A stretch of DNA of 64,000 nt from Sphingobacteriales bacterium (GCA_018262795.1 JADFDM010000011.1:44143-108142); one strand, 5' to 3'. Shown: positions 38,731 through 48,350, counted from the first letter of the stretch. Numbers and translations are program-made. Notes: a model not told the origin generated them from the sequence alone.

Positions 38731-38817
38731 GAAGAATACTTTCTGCCCCATGCCGATATTATCAACGGAGGAACGATTGAATTTGAAATGGGAGCAAAGC
38801 CGAAGAAGAGTTGGTGA
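38731..38817 (+). pseudogene. orphan relic of a GH92 gene 3' end (last 28 codons plus stop)
   Basis: This 87-nt stretch aligns without gaps to 32432-32518, with 73/87 identical by hand count. It translates EEYFLPHADIINGGTIEFEMGAKPKKSW* against EEPFLHHADIISGGKLEFEMGAKPKKGW* in the intact gene. Weaker similarity extends to ~38712. Confidence 0.8.
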
Positions 38818-38957
38818 ATTATTTACTGCTGGCAGCTATCCTCTGTCAAAATATTTCGGGCAACCTTGCGAGTCTTCACTTCAACAAAAATCGAATTGCT
38901 TTTTAATTAGCAGTTATATTCCGCAGCCGTTAAAAATTTATTACGCAGTTACTCGCC

Positions 38958-41000
38958 TTACCGGTTAAAGGCATAGCTTAAAGAGAGCACCATATTTCTT
39001 CCCGGACGAGAAATGTTTCCCCAATCTAAATGCTCGCGATAGTTTTTATCTAACACATTTTCTACCGCAAAATTTATACTTAGAAAGTGGGTGTTAAGAT
39101 TCAGTTTGTAGCCGGTGCGCAAATGCAGCAAACCGTATGCAGGGGTGGTTTGTTCTCCCGCCTCGGTGTTTACTCTCTTTTGCGCTAAGGCCCATTCGCC
39201 TTCCACCTGCAGGTACCACCCTTTTATGGTATAGCGAAGGGTATGAAAACATTTTAAAGGAGGAACCAGCGGAAGCGGCTCTCCGTTTACAAGTTCCGCG
39301 TAGCTATATTTTAGAGTATGCAAACTCTGAAAGCCCTTCGTTTCATTCAAAACTATTTTAGCCTCCACCCCGGCAATGCGCGCTTGGCCCCTATTGGAAT
39401 ACTTCTTTACTCCGAGCGCTCCATCAGTCATAGGATAAAAATCTTTCTGAATACTCCCCATCATGTAGTTGAACAAATGATGGTAGTACACCGTGTAGTT
39501 TACATTCACATATTTACTTTCAAATCCTCCATTCCATTCTGCTTGAAGCGAGCGTTCATTTTTAAGTGGGGCATTGCCCAGATAGTCGTACCCATCGAAC
39601 CGATTATATAGGTAAAAGCCAAACAATTCGTTCGCATTGGCCGAGCGCTCGCCATAAGCTACCGTAACTCCTGATGAAAAATACTTGGCAAAGGTGGCCG
39701 TGTAAATAGCATTCACCGAAGGCACAAACCGATGGATTGGCTGACCGGCCTCCGCATCAAATATCTTTGCCTGACTAATTCCAAAATTAGAAGTGATAGA
39801 AGCCCGCATATACTCCGCACGAGCACTGAACTGAATACTTTGATTGGGCGCAATGGCATACACATCGGCCACATAAACTCCCGCAAAATGCCGTTGGTTA
39901 TCGGGTAGCGTAAGCATAAACATAGGCGATGCCCCCACGGGATACATGGTCATCTCTGCCTTTGAAAAGTTGCTGGCATAATCGGCTCTTACTTTCAAGT
40001 TATTTCGCTTTCCGGCTTGTAAGTTTAAATGAGTGTAAGCCCCCAGCGTGTAGCTCCACCCCGGCATATCCATGTGCATGGCTACATTCTCCCGATGCGT
40101 GTCGTCCATCGCATGGTAAATGTGATTGAAATAGATTTTTGTTTCTACGTTTTGAATGTTCCCGCTTGCAGGGTTCCAAAAGTGTGTAAGCGAAGCAATA
40201 TTCGCACTGGCTTTTCCGGCATCCATCGCCAAGGCTGGGTAGCCGATGTTCCATCCCATGTCGCCCACATAATCGGCTACTAATTTTTGCTCTTTCGGCA
40301 ATCGAAAAGCCAGAGAAGCTCCGTAATTACTTTTTTCATAGGCGGAATGCGGAACTCGTTTATTGCCTCCGGCCTTGTAGTCAAACGCTTTGCGATAGGT
40401 GCCGTTTATTCTAAAAGCCACCTTATCGAAACTCATATTCAGCGAAGTGCCGGCATTCACTGCATTGTTAATGCTATTGTAAGATACGTTGGCAGTTAGG
40501 TAAGTAGAATGGCAGTGCGAAAACTCAGCTTGTTTCATCACCATATCAATTTCCCCTCCCACGGTGGAACCATTTTCATTCCCTGCGGCTCCCTGCTTGG
40601 TGCTAATGTTTTGCAGGTTATTGGGTTCAATGTAACTGGTAGCCGGATCCATTTTGTCGGTGCAGGCACCATAAATTCGCATCCCATTAATGGTCAGATT
40701 AATTTGCCCGGCCGAATAAACTCGTAGCACCGGCTCTAAGCCATAAGCACCGCGCTTCATCAGCGACACGCCCATCATTCTCGCCAGAATATCTTCAGTA
40801 GTAGATAGCCTATTCGGTTTATAAAAATTGGAGGCTTGATCGTTCGCATTGCCGTGAGGTTGATCACAAATAATAACCTCCCTCAACTGTAGTGTTTTTG
40901 TTTCGAATGAATCTGCCACAGAAAGGTCTTGCTGGGCAACGCTTCGGAGAAGCGTTGCCTGCAAAATCAATAAAAGCAGTAAGCGTACCAAGCGTTTCAT
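38958..41000 (-). CDS. TonB-dependent receptor, OprC/NosA-like (putative copper importer)
   Basis: 680 aa with a signal peptide, plug and 22-strand barrel pattern. It carries CxxxM (C113-T-D-K-M117) and HxM (H296-A-M298) about 180 aa apart, followed by the Met-rich AMHMDM. Confidence 0.75.
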   Translation of the reverse strand: MKRLVRLLLLLILQATLLRSVAQQDLSVADSFETKTLQLREVIICDQPHGNANDQASNFYKPNRLSTTEDILARMMGVSLMKRGAYGLEPVLRVYSAGQINLTINGMRIYGACTDKMDPATSYIEPNNLQNISTKQGAAGNENGSTVGGEIDMVMKQAEFSHCHSTYLTANVSYNSINNAVNAGTSLNMSFDKVAFRINGTYRKAFDYKAGGNKRVPHSAYEKSNYGASLAFRLPKEQKLVADYVGDMGWNIGYPALAMDAGKASANIASLTHFWNPASGNIQNVETKIYFNHIYHAMDDTHRENVAMHMDMPGWSYTLGAYTHLNLQAGKRNNLKVRADYASNFSKAEMTMYPVGASPMFMLTLPDNQRHFAGVYVADVYAIAPNQSIQFSARAEYMRASITSNFGISQAKIFDAEAGQPIHRFVPSVNAIYTATFAKYFSSGVTVAYGERSANANELFGFYLYNRFDGYDYLGNAPLKNERSLQAEWNGGFESKYVNVNYTVYYHHLFNYMMGSIQKDFYPMTDGALGVKKYSNRGQARIAGVEAKIVLNETKGFQSLHTLKYSYAELVNGEPLPLVPPLKCFHTLRYTIKGWYLQVEGEWALAQKRVNTEAGEQTTPAYGLLHLRTGYKLNLNTHFLSINFAVENVLDKNYREHLDWGNISRPGRNMVLSLSYAFNR

Positions 41001-41830
41001 TACGGTACGATTATATCAAAGTATAAGGAAGAATCGGCCACGGCACCATTGTGATTTAAGTGCAAATAAATCCGCCAGTCACCGCTCATGGTGTAGTTTA
41101 CTTTGCCGAGGTAATGTCCGTTAGCAGTAAAAATCGGATTCTCATTCAGTGGCGAGCCATGCCCCATTGACATCATTTGCGGATTGATGACCGTAGTATA
41201 GTCATTAGCCGCAGGGAAGCTCATCATACCGGTCTTTTTGTGGATAGCAATCTCGAAATCATTGACCCCTGCCAAAGGATTTATTGGCTTCACAATAGAG
41301 ATAAACAACTTGGAGCTATCATCCAGAGTAGTCAGCGATTTCATTTTAGCCAGCGTAGGATTCAGCACATTTGCACTAAAGGCAGCCGTGCCGGAGAAAC
41401 CGGTTGTATGGTTCAGCAACTGCACGTTCAACACCCAACTTCCCATACTGCCCGTAGGCATCACAAACACCACGGCACAAGGAAATAAACCCTCCGCAGC
41501 CAGCGATGAAGCGGGGTTTTCAAAAGGGCTTGAATGGCTCATACTGCCCGTCATGGTCATCATAGGGTTCAGCGTAACATCGGCATTCATTACCCGCTCG
41601 TTAGTGGCCGAATCGTAAAGCGCTAAATACAATTGATTATAGCCTACAAAAAAGCTATCGGCAGCATACACCTCGACTCGGGTGGCCGAACCGGTGGCAT
41701 AGCCATTGGATAGCAACTTCAAATTTGTAGGGATGGGATATGTGGGATCAGGAGTAGTTGTTTTTTTGCAAGAAGGCATAAACACCACAGCGATAAATAC
41801 GGCAATAGCCGCAAACAATATTTTTTTCAT
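41000..41830 (-). CDS. lipoprotein with two Met/His-rich motifs (putative periplasmic or surface Cu-binding protein)
   Basis: 276 aa with lipobox FMPSC. The tandem motifs are LNPMMTMTGSMSHSSPFENP and INPQMMSMGHGSPLNENP. Its stop overlaps the TBDR start. Confidence 0.65.
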   Translation of the reverse strand: MKKILFAAIAVFIAVVFMPSCKKTTTPDPTYPIPTNLKLLSNGYATGSATRVEVYAADSFFVGYNQLYLALYDSATNERVMNADVTLNPMMTMTGSMSHSSPFENPASSLAAEGLFPCAVVFVMPTGSMGSWVLNVQLLNHTTGFSGTAAFSANVLNPTLAKMKSLTTLDDSSKLFISIVKPINPLAGVNDFEIAIHKKTGMMSFPAANDYTTVINPQMMSMGHGSPLNENPIFTANGHYLGKVNYTMSGDWRIYLHLNHNGAVADSSLYFDIIVP

Positions 41831-41879
41831 GCGATTTTATTTTGACAATTAAGAAGGTGGCTACTACCGTGAGTAGCGC

Positions 41880-42302
41880 TTAAACGAAGAAATATAGAGC
41901 GCTATATTTCGGTACAGGCGGGTGAAATATGTCGCTAAAGTTTCGAGAGAGGTAAGTCGCCTCCACAGAATGCCAAGGCAACAATTCAACTTTATCGAAC
42001 ACAACCACCGCCAAGAACCAAGTGTGAATATCCATAACTGTTTCTTCCTGATGAATCGGTATGGTAGGAGTAGAAGTGTCTTTTTGTTGCTCGCTTTTTT
42101 TAAGTTGTTTGGCTAAATAACACTTGCCATTACAGTGCATGGCTTTATTGGATCTATTCTCACAAAGGTTATTGGCGATATAATCCTTGTTGAGCAAGTA
42201 ACTCGCCAGCACCCCTCCTTTACCGGCACTCTCAAACATGACTGTTGCCGCCAAGAGGGCAGTTAGGCAAATCATAAAAAAGCGCTGCGTGCTATTTCTC
42301 AT
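41880..42302 (-). CDS. small membrane-anchored Cys-motif protein of unknown function, first gene of the TBDR operon
   Basis: 140 aa with an N-terminal TM. It contains CENRSNKAMHCNGKCYLAKQLKK and a C-terminal DIFHPP. Confidence 0.55.
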   Translation of the reverse strand: MRNSTQRFFMICLTALLAATVMFESAGKGGVLASYLLNKDYIANNLCENRSNKAMHCNGKCYLAKQLKKSEQQKDTSTPTIPIHQEETVMDIHTWFLAVVVFDKVELLPWHSVEATYLSRNFSDIFHPPVPKYSALYFFV

Positions 42303-42464
42303 CTACAGGTGCAAAGGTGGCAAAATAAAAGTGATGCGGTAACTGACCCTCCTCATCCGGGAGTATGATTATTCTCGTGAGAAACAATAGTAGAAACTTA
42401 AACAAGGAAACTGATTCACCCATGAGCTGCTTCGCCTATTCTCTTTTGCGTGAATACGCATCCC

Positions 42465-43406
42465 TTATTCTAAAATCATATCGTTGGTATCGGGGTCTTT
42501 ATCCGGTCGGTTGAACACTTTGATGTTGCCGGCAAAGGAAACCATGTACACCCCGCTGAAGATAAGCGCGGCCGATAAAATTTTCTGATACGTGAGGTGA
42601 TCTTTGCCCAAGCCGATGGAGATGATGGTAGCCAACACCGGTTGCATGTATATATAAGCCCCCACCACACTGGAGTGCACTTCGCGAAGCGCCAACACAT
42701 TGAGCAGATAAGCTAAAAAAGTGGTGCCAAATACCACGAAGGCCAGCCCCATCCACGCCTGAGTAGTGAAGCCGCTCCATTGAATTTGATTGAATTGTGG
42801 AAAACCGAAAATAAGCACCGGAAACAAGCCGAAGAAGAAAACCCATTTGACCACCGTAAGCGGATGATACTTTTTCATGAGCGGTCGCACAATCACCAGA
42901 TACACGGCATAAGAGGTGGCATTGATTAAAATAAAGAAATCGCCCAGCACGGTTTTGCCCGAAAAGCTGAAACCTTTGCCACTGATAATAATTAAGGCTC
43001 CGGCAGCGCCAAATGCCAAGCCCAATATCTTCTGCCAAGTTGCCTTTTCATGCGATAGAAAAAAGGAAATGACAAATACGAGAATGGGTGTCATTATCAT
43101 TATCAAAGCCGCATTGATGGGGTGGGTAATATTCAAACCCAGAAAAAACATTTCTTGATTAATGACTACGCCAAACATGCCGCAAACGGCCAGCAGCAGC
43201 AAGTCTTTCTTCTGCACCTTTTCATTTATCCAGAAACGGTGCAACACAAAAAACAAAGCAGTGGTGATGGACACGCGAATAAATATGAAGCCGAGTGGCT
43301 CAACAAACTCCGGCATCACCATCTTTGAAACGGAAAAGCCGGCTCCGTAAAATAGGTTCACAATAAAAAGGTAAATGTGCGCTCGCAGATTCTGCATCCG
43401 TGCCAA
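42465..43406 (-). CDS. DMT superfamily (EamA-like) transporter
   Basis: 313 aa with 10 predicted TM helices arranged as two EamA repeats. Confidence 0.8.
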   Translation of the reverse strand: MARMQNLRAHIYLFIVNLFYGAGFSVSKMVMPEFVEPLGFIFIRVSITTALFFVLHRFWINEKVQKKDLLLLAVCGMFGVVINQEMFFLGLNITHPINAALIMIMTPILVFVISFFLSHEKATWQKILGLAFGAAGALIIISGKGFSFSGKTVLGDFFILINATSYAVYLVIVRPLMKKYHPLTVVKWVFFFGLFPVLIFGFPQFNQIQWSGFTTQAWMGLAFVVFGTTFLAYLLNVLALREVHSSVVGAYIYMQPVLATIISIGLGKDHLTYQKILSAALIFSGVYMVSFAGNIKVFNRPDKDPDTNDMILE

Positions 43407-43436
43407 ATAATGAGCGCCAAATGTATCGGAAAAGAA

Positions 43437-44486
43437 TTACGGAAGTAGGTTCACCATTACAATCTTTCCTTCTTGCGTAATGAGGTCCTGTTGCACCCCA
43501 CCAATAAATTGGGTGCCGTTTGGGCTAAACCAACCCAAGCCTGCCCACACAGCATGACCGGCATATTGTTCGTTGTTCTGCACATTGAAATAAGTGAGTT
43601 GCTGTTTATTGCTTCCGTCTGCATTCATCATCCACCAATCCGTTCCTCCGGTGTTGCTTTTCGTATTGGTCATCCACACAATTTTGCTTCCATCGGGAGT
43701 GTAAAATCCATGCTCATTGTAATCTTTATCAGTGAGCTTCACGATGTTGTTACCCGAAGTATCCATCGTATAAATGTGTTCGTCCAAAAAAGAAGTGCCA
43801 TCCATGTCGCTACAGAAAATAAGGCGAGCATTATCGGGCGAGAACCCATAACACTCATAAAACGCATCGCCCGAAGGTTCGAAGGTTCGCACATTGCTCA
43901 CCACCGGAATGGTATCACCAATCCAAGAGAAGTCGGCCACTTTCATGGTCCAATAGCCTGCGGTTTGTTTCGGATAGAGTGGGTTGGGGGCCGCTTTGCG
44001 ATCAGTCCACGACAAATATTTTCCATTGGGAGAAAAACGCGGGCAAATAACACCGTGGTCATAGTCATTAGGAATATCCACCAGCTTGAAAGTTTTTTTG
44101 CCATCGCTGCTGATGAGCCAAATATCGCAGTAAGCCCCAAAGCCCGGCAGTGCATCGGTAGAGCTACCCGGATGATTGGCTTTTTCTACCACGGCCACCA
44201 ACCATTTACCATCGGGATACCATGCCATATTTGCAATATGTTTATTCGGCAAATCGGGATGATTACAAGTGAGGCATGTATCGTTGCTGCCATTGGGTTG
44301 TGCCAAATGAATATCATAATAGCCATCGCTTTCTTTCATCGAATAAGCAATGCGATTGCTGCCCGAATAATCCCAACTTACATCTAAGCCATGTTCGCGA
44401 AAAGGAGTAACTGCCGTGGGGAGGTGCACAGGTGCCACATTACACCCTGCTGCGAAAAAAAGAAAGAGCCATACTGATTTTCTCAT
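43437..44486 (-). CDS. TolB-like / PD40 beta-propeller lipoprotein
   Basis: The ATG at 44486 gives MRKSVWLFLFFAAGC (lipobox), 349 aa. It has repeated PD40-like units (FSPNGKYLSW, FSPDNARLIF, YTPDGSKIVW, FSPNGTQFIG). Confidence 0.7.
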   Translation of the reverse strand: MRKSVWLFLFFAAGCNVAPVHLPTAVTPFREHGLDVSWDYSGSNRIAYSMKESDGYYDIHLAQPNGSNDTCLTCNHPDLPNKHIANMAWYPDGKWLVAVVEKANHPGSSTDALPGFGAYCDIWLISSDGKKTFKLVDIPNDYDHGVICPRFSPNGKYLSWTDRKAAPNPLYPKQTAGYWTMKVADFSWIGDTIPVVSNVRTFEPSGDAFYECYGFSPDNARLIFCSDMDGTSFLDEHIYTMDTSGNNIVKLTDKDYNEHGFYTPDGSKIVWMTNTKSNTGGTDWWMMNADGSNKQQLTYFNVQNNEQYAGHAVWAGLGWFSPNGTQFIGGVQQDLITQEGKIVMVNLLP

Positions 44487-44588
44487 CTTGCAAAAACAAT
44501 GATTGATAAGTTTAGAAAAAACACAAATGCCCTTCGAATATAACAGAAAGATGTGTTTATATTTAAGTAGCCAATCAAAATCGGGTCT

Positions 44589-45020
44589 ATGACTTTCTTG
44601 CAAGCGCTATACGGCACTCAATACCGCGACCTCGCGAATAACGGTCGGGAAGTTGCTAAAGGCAGGATGAATGGCAACCTCTTTCTTACGGCATACGCTA
44701 TTGTGTTTTTCTTTGTACTACTGATGACGGTGATGCTCATTTTCCCTTCGGTGAACCGCAGCCTGACCGCTTCGCTGCATTATTTTTTGGGTTACACTTC
44801 CGGCAAAACGATGGGAAAAATTTTAGCCCTTCCCTTCATGGCCATTATCTATTTTATTGTGGTGAAGATGGTGGGTACAGAACCTAATTACAACCGATTA
44901 GTAAAGGAATTTTACCGGTTGCCGGAAGAAGAACAAGCACTGGCAAATAAAAAATTGCTGATCCCTTTCTTTATACTGGTGAGTGTGTTTTTGGTGCTGG
45001 CTTTGAGTTTTCTGGTATAG
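44589..45020 (+). CDS. hypothetical membrane protein
   Basis: 143 aa with three hydrophobic helices. No family recognised. Confidence 0.5.
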   Translation: MTFLQALYGTQYRDLANNGREVAKGRMNGNLFLTAYAIVFFFVLLMTVMLIFPSVNRSLTASLHYFLGYTSGKTMGKILALPFMAIIYFIVVKMVGTEPNYNRLVKEFYRLPEEEQALANKKLLIPFFILVSVFLVLALSFLV

Positions 45021-45021
45021 C

Positions 45022-46584
45022 TTACCGCAATCCTTTCTTCCAATCCACTTTTTCGTTCACCACTTCTTTGAGGCGCTCAATAGAAATACGCTCTTGTTTC
45101 ATGGTGTCGCGGTCGCGGATAGTTACGGTGTTATCGTTGAGCGTGTCGTGGTCAATGGTAATGCAGAAAGGGGTGCCAATCGCATCCTGCCTGCGATAGC
45201 GCTTGCCGATGTTGTCCTTCTCTTCATAGAAACATTTGTAATCCCATTTCAGCAGGTCAAATACTTCACGTGCTTTTTCTGCAAGGCCATCCTTCTTCAT
45301 CAACGGGAACACTGCGATTTGCACCGGAGCTAAAAACGGTGGCAGCGCCAGCACGGTTCTTTCGCTGCCATCTTCTAACTTCTCTATTCGGTAACCATTG
45401 CACATTACGGCCAAAAAGGTGCGATTCAAACCAATGGAGGTTTCTACCACATAAGGAACATAACTCTGATTCAACTCCGTGTCGAAGTACTGTAATTTCT
45501 TCCCCGAAAGCTCTTGATGACTTTTCAAATCGAAATCGGTTCGGGAATGAATGCCTTCCACTTCTTTAAATCCAAACGGAAATTTGAATTGAATATCCAC
45601 AGCCGCATTGGCATAGTGCGCCAGTTTTAGATGGTCGTATAGCTTTAGGCTCTCCTCCGCAAAGCCGAGCGAGCGATGCCATTTCCAGCGCGTTTCTTTC
45701 CATTGTTCGTACCACTGCATCTCGGTGCCGGGGCGCACAAAAAACTGCATCTCCATTTGCTCAAATTCGCGGGTGCGAAAAATGAACTGACGAGCTACAA
45801 TTTCATTGCGAAAGGCCTTGCCTATTTGCGCAATGCCAAAAGGAATTCGCTGGCGCGAAGTGTTGAGCACATTTAGAAAGTTGACAAAAATTCCCTGCGC
45901 TGTTTCAGGTCGCAGATAAATGGTGTTAGCTTCATCGGCCACCGAACCTACCTCTGTGGCAAACATCAGATTGAACTGTCGCACATCCGTCCAGTTGCGG
46001 GAACCACTCACTGGGCAGGCAATTTCTAAATCAATAATAATTTGCTTTAAATCTGCGAGGTCATTCCCCTCTAATGCCTTTTTGAAACGGTTTTCAATAG
46101 CTTGTAGTTTCTCCGTATTTCGCAGCACATTCGGATTGGTTTTTAGAAACATTCCTTTATCGAAGCTCTCTCCAAATTTCTTTTCTGCTTTGGCCACTTC
46201 CTTCTCGGTCTTCTCCTCAATTTTAGCCATCGCCTCTTCTATCAACACATCGGCCCGGTAGCGCTTCTTCGAATCTTTATTATCAATCAACGGATCATTA
46301 AATGCATCTACGTGCCCACTGGCTTTCCAAGTTTTAGGGTGCATAAAAATAGCGGCATCCAAGCCCACAATATTCTCGTGGAGTTGCACCATCGCTTTCC
46401 ACCAATACTGCTGAATGTTATTCTTTAGTTCAATACCGTAAGGGCCGTAATCATACACTGCCCCCAATCCATCATATATTTCAGACGAAGGGAAAATGAA
46501 TCCATATTCCTTGCAATGGGAAATAATTTCCTGAAAAAGGCCTGCTCGTCCGGCAGGTGGTTGCTGTGTATTCTCTTTACTCAT
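45022..46584 (-). CDS. glyQS: glycine--tRNA ligase (dimeric class II type)
   Basis: The ATG at 46584 gives MSKENTQQPPAGRAGLFQEIISHCKEYGFIFPSSEIYDGL..., 520 aa, with the class II motifs FRNEI and GIGLNR-like SIGLNRTF. Confidence 0.92.
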   Translation of the reverse strand: MSKENTQQPPAGRAGLFQEIISHCKEYGFIFPSSEIYDGLGAVYDYGPYGIELKNNIQQYWWKAMVQLHENIVGLDAAIFMHPKTWKASGHVDAFNDPLIDNKDSKKRYRADVLIEEAMAKIEEKTEKEVAKAEKKFGESFDKGMFLKTNPNVLRNTEKLQAIENRFKKALEGNDLADLKQIIIDLEIACPVSGSRNWTDVRQFNLMFATEVGSVADEANTIYLRPETAQGIFVNFLNVLNTSRQRIPFGIAQIGKAFRNEIVARQFIFRTREFEQMEMQFFVRPGTEMQWYEQWKETRWKWHRSLGFAEESLKLYDHLKLAHYANAAVDIQFKFPFGFKEVEGIHSRTDFDLKSHQELSGKKLQYFDTELNQSYVPYVVETSIGLNRTFLAVMCNGYRIEKLEDGSERTVLALPPFLAPVQIAVFPLMKKDGLAEKAREVFDLLKWDYKCFYEEKDNIGKRYRRQDAIGTPFCITIDHDTLNDNTVTIRDRDTMKQERISIERLKEVVNEKVDWKKGLR

Positions 46585-46684
46585 GGGGGCGAAAATACAA
46601 GACAAAACACGATAGGCAATAGTTCCGCATTACAGATAATCTTAGTTTTGGCGCGGTGTTTGAAAAAGTCATCACAAAAAACTT

Positions 46685-47044
46685 ATGAAGAAGAAGCTGC
46701 TATGGATTGTATTGCTCTGCGCCATTACTCCACTGAATTATGCGCAAACGGACGACTGGGAATGGATCCGAGAGGTGAGTCAGGTAAAAGCGAAAATGAA
46801 ACTGTTAGAGAATAAAGAAACCTGGGTGATCATACCGGACGATAATCAGAACATGCGCTACATGTCACAGCAACTACCCGAAGAATACAAAAAGGACGGC
46901 TTGGCCATTACCTTTAACGGGTGGATCGGAAAAATACCTCCCAATGTGCGCATGTTAGCCACTCCGCTAAAGCTAACAAAGGTATGGGTGAGCTGCGCTG
47001 ACAAGAAAAAGTATAAGTTGAAAAAAGGCAAGTACACTTTCTAA
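46685..47044 (+). CDS. small secreted hypothetical protein
   Basis: 119 aa with signal peptide MKKKLLWIVLLCAITPLNYAQ. Confidence 0.55.
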   Translation: MKKKLLWIVLLCAITPLNYAQTDDWEWIREVSQVKAKMKLLENKETWVIIPDDNQNMRYMSQQLPEEYKKDGLAITFNGWIGKIPPNVRMLATPLKLTKVWVSCADKKKYKLKKGKYTF

Positions 47045-47119
47045 TAATTGTAAAGCCCTTTTGCTCGATTTGTTTTTATCGTTTGGTAATTCGTAATTCG
47101 CCAGTAGTAATAATTCCGC

Positions 47120-48031
47120 ATGTCAGTTAAAGTATCTCATCTCAGTAAAATTTACGGGTCACAAAAAGCAGTGGCTGATATTTCCTTTGAAGTACACAAA
47201 GGGGAAGTGCTCGGATTCTTGGGACCCAATGGTGCGGGGAAAAGTACTACGATGAAAATTCTGACCTGCTTTATTCCTCCCACCACGGGTAGCGCCTTCG
47301 TATGCGGACACGACATTACAGCCGAGCCTTTAGAAGTAGCAAAGAAAATTGGCTACCTGCCCGAAAGCAATCCACTTTACTTGGATATGTATGTGCGCGA
47401 GTATCTCGAGTTCATGGCCGGTTTGCATAAACTCGGCAAAATTACCACCGCTCGCATCAATGAAATGATTGGCGTGACCGGCCTCACAGCCGAGTGCAAA
47501 AAGAAAGTAGGCCAACTTTCAAAAGGATATAAGCAAAGAGTAGGGCTGGCGCAGGCCATGCTGCACGATCCTGAAGTGTTGATATTGGATGAACCTACCT
47601 CCGGGTTGGATCCAAACCAGTTGGTCGAAATCCGTTCGCTGATTAAGCGACTTGGCAAAAATAAAACCGTCATTTTTTCTTCACACATAATGCAGGAAGT
47701 GCAGGCTGTAGCCGATCGCGTAATTATTATCAACAAAGGAAAGATAGTAGCCAATGACACTACCGAACATCTGCAAAACCGCGAAGGGAACGAGATGCTC
47801 GTGACGGTAGAGTTTAAGCAAACAGTAGAGAAATCGCTGCTGGGCGCAATTAAAGGAGTGAAATCGCTGGAGCAATTAAAAGATGGCCGATGGAGTTTTG
47901 TATCGGCCGGGAAGAAAGACCTCCGGGAAGACATTTTCAATTTTGCTAAAGAGAAGAACCTCACCTTGCTGCATCTGAATAAAGAGGAATACTCGCTCGA
48001 GGAAGTGTTCAAACAGCTAACTCGACCCTAA
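47120..48031 (+). CDS. gldA: ABC transporter ATP-binding protein, GldA-like (gliding-motility-associated)
   Basis: 303 aa with Walker A GPNGAGKST, signature LSKGYKQR and Walker B LILDEPTSGLD. The N-terminus resembles Bacteroidota GldA. The symbol is tentative. Confidence 0.7.
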   Translation: MSVKVSHLSKIYGSQKAVADISFEVHKGEVLGFLGPNGAGKSTTMKILTCFIPPTTGSAFVCGHDITAEPLEVAKKIGYLPESNPLYLDMYVREYLEFMAGLHKLGKITTARINEMIGVTGLTAECKKKVGQLSKGYKQRVGLAQAMLHDPEVLILDEPTSGLDPNQLVEIRSLIKRLGKNKTVIFSSHIMQEVQAVADRVIIINKGKIVANDTTEHLQNREGNEMLVTVEFKQTVEKSLLGAIKGVKSLEQLKDGRWSFVSAGKKDLREDIFNFAKEKNLTLLHLNKEEYSLEEVFKQLTRP

Positions 48032-48075
48032 ACTTTTCATTCAATTCAGCGGAGAATTTGAAAGAAATTAGCGAG

Positions 48076-48145
48076 AACCTGTAAGCTGCCTGTGGGAGAA
48101 CTTAATCTGAAAGACTGTTTGGCCAGCAGGCAGACAAATCACAAT
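48076..48145 (-). repeat. degenerate CRISPR repeat relic carrying two insertions
   Basis: The + strand reads AACCTGT-[aagctgc]-CTGTGggAGAACTtAATCTGAAAG-[actgtttggccagcaggcaga]-CAAATCACAAt. This matches the repeat segments aacctgt / ctgtgaaagaactgaatctgaaag / caaatcacaac. Confidence 0.75.
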
Positions 48146-48299
48146 CTTAGAAAGGATGATATTTTCCCGGTTTGCGTTGTGAATGAACTTTAACGCAATA
48201 GATGGAGACAAGACTACTCTTGTGGGATAGCGCAAATTCCTTCAATGCAGAGTGCAAGCTTTTGTACAAAATGTGAAACCGAAAATATGAACGCTTGAA

Positions 48300-48350
48300 A
48301 AAGAAAAAAGGGGTGCAAAAGCAGGTTCTGCATCCCCTTTAATCATTTTT
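48300..48350. terminator. bidirectional hairpin terminator at the trailer end of the CRISPR array
   Basis: GGGGTGCA(48310-48317)...TGCAtCCCC(48329-48337) is flanked by an A-rich run on the left, which reads as a T-run on the minus strand, and by TTTaatcaTTTTTTTT on the right. Confidence 0.6.

Noticed and set aside
38723-38968. An 81-aa + strand ORF between the efflux adaptor and the TonB receptor
   Set aside because: It reads across the orphan GH92 3' relic in the wrong frame. The relic's own frame has only 28 codons with no start. It is best explained as non-coding scar DNA.
43473-44387. A 304-aa + strand ORF opposite the TolB-like gene. Similar long antisense ORFs occur at 47377-48012, 22379-22798, 35750-36208, 42499-43038 and 3186-3602.
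   Set aside because: They are shadow ORFs antisense to genes with clear family signatures. Their composition is low-complexity or odd (Ile/Arg/His-rich), and no motifs or sensible starts are present.
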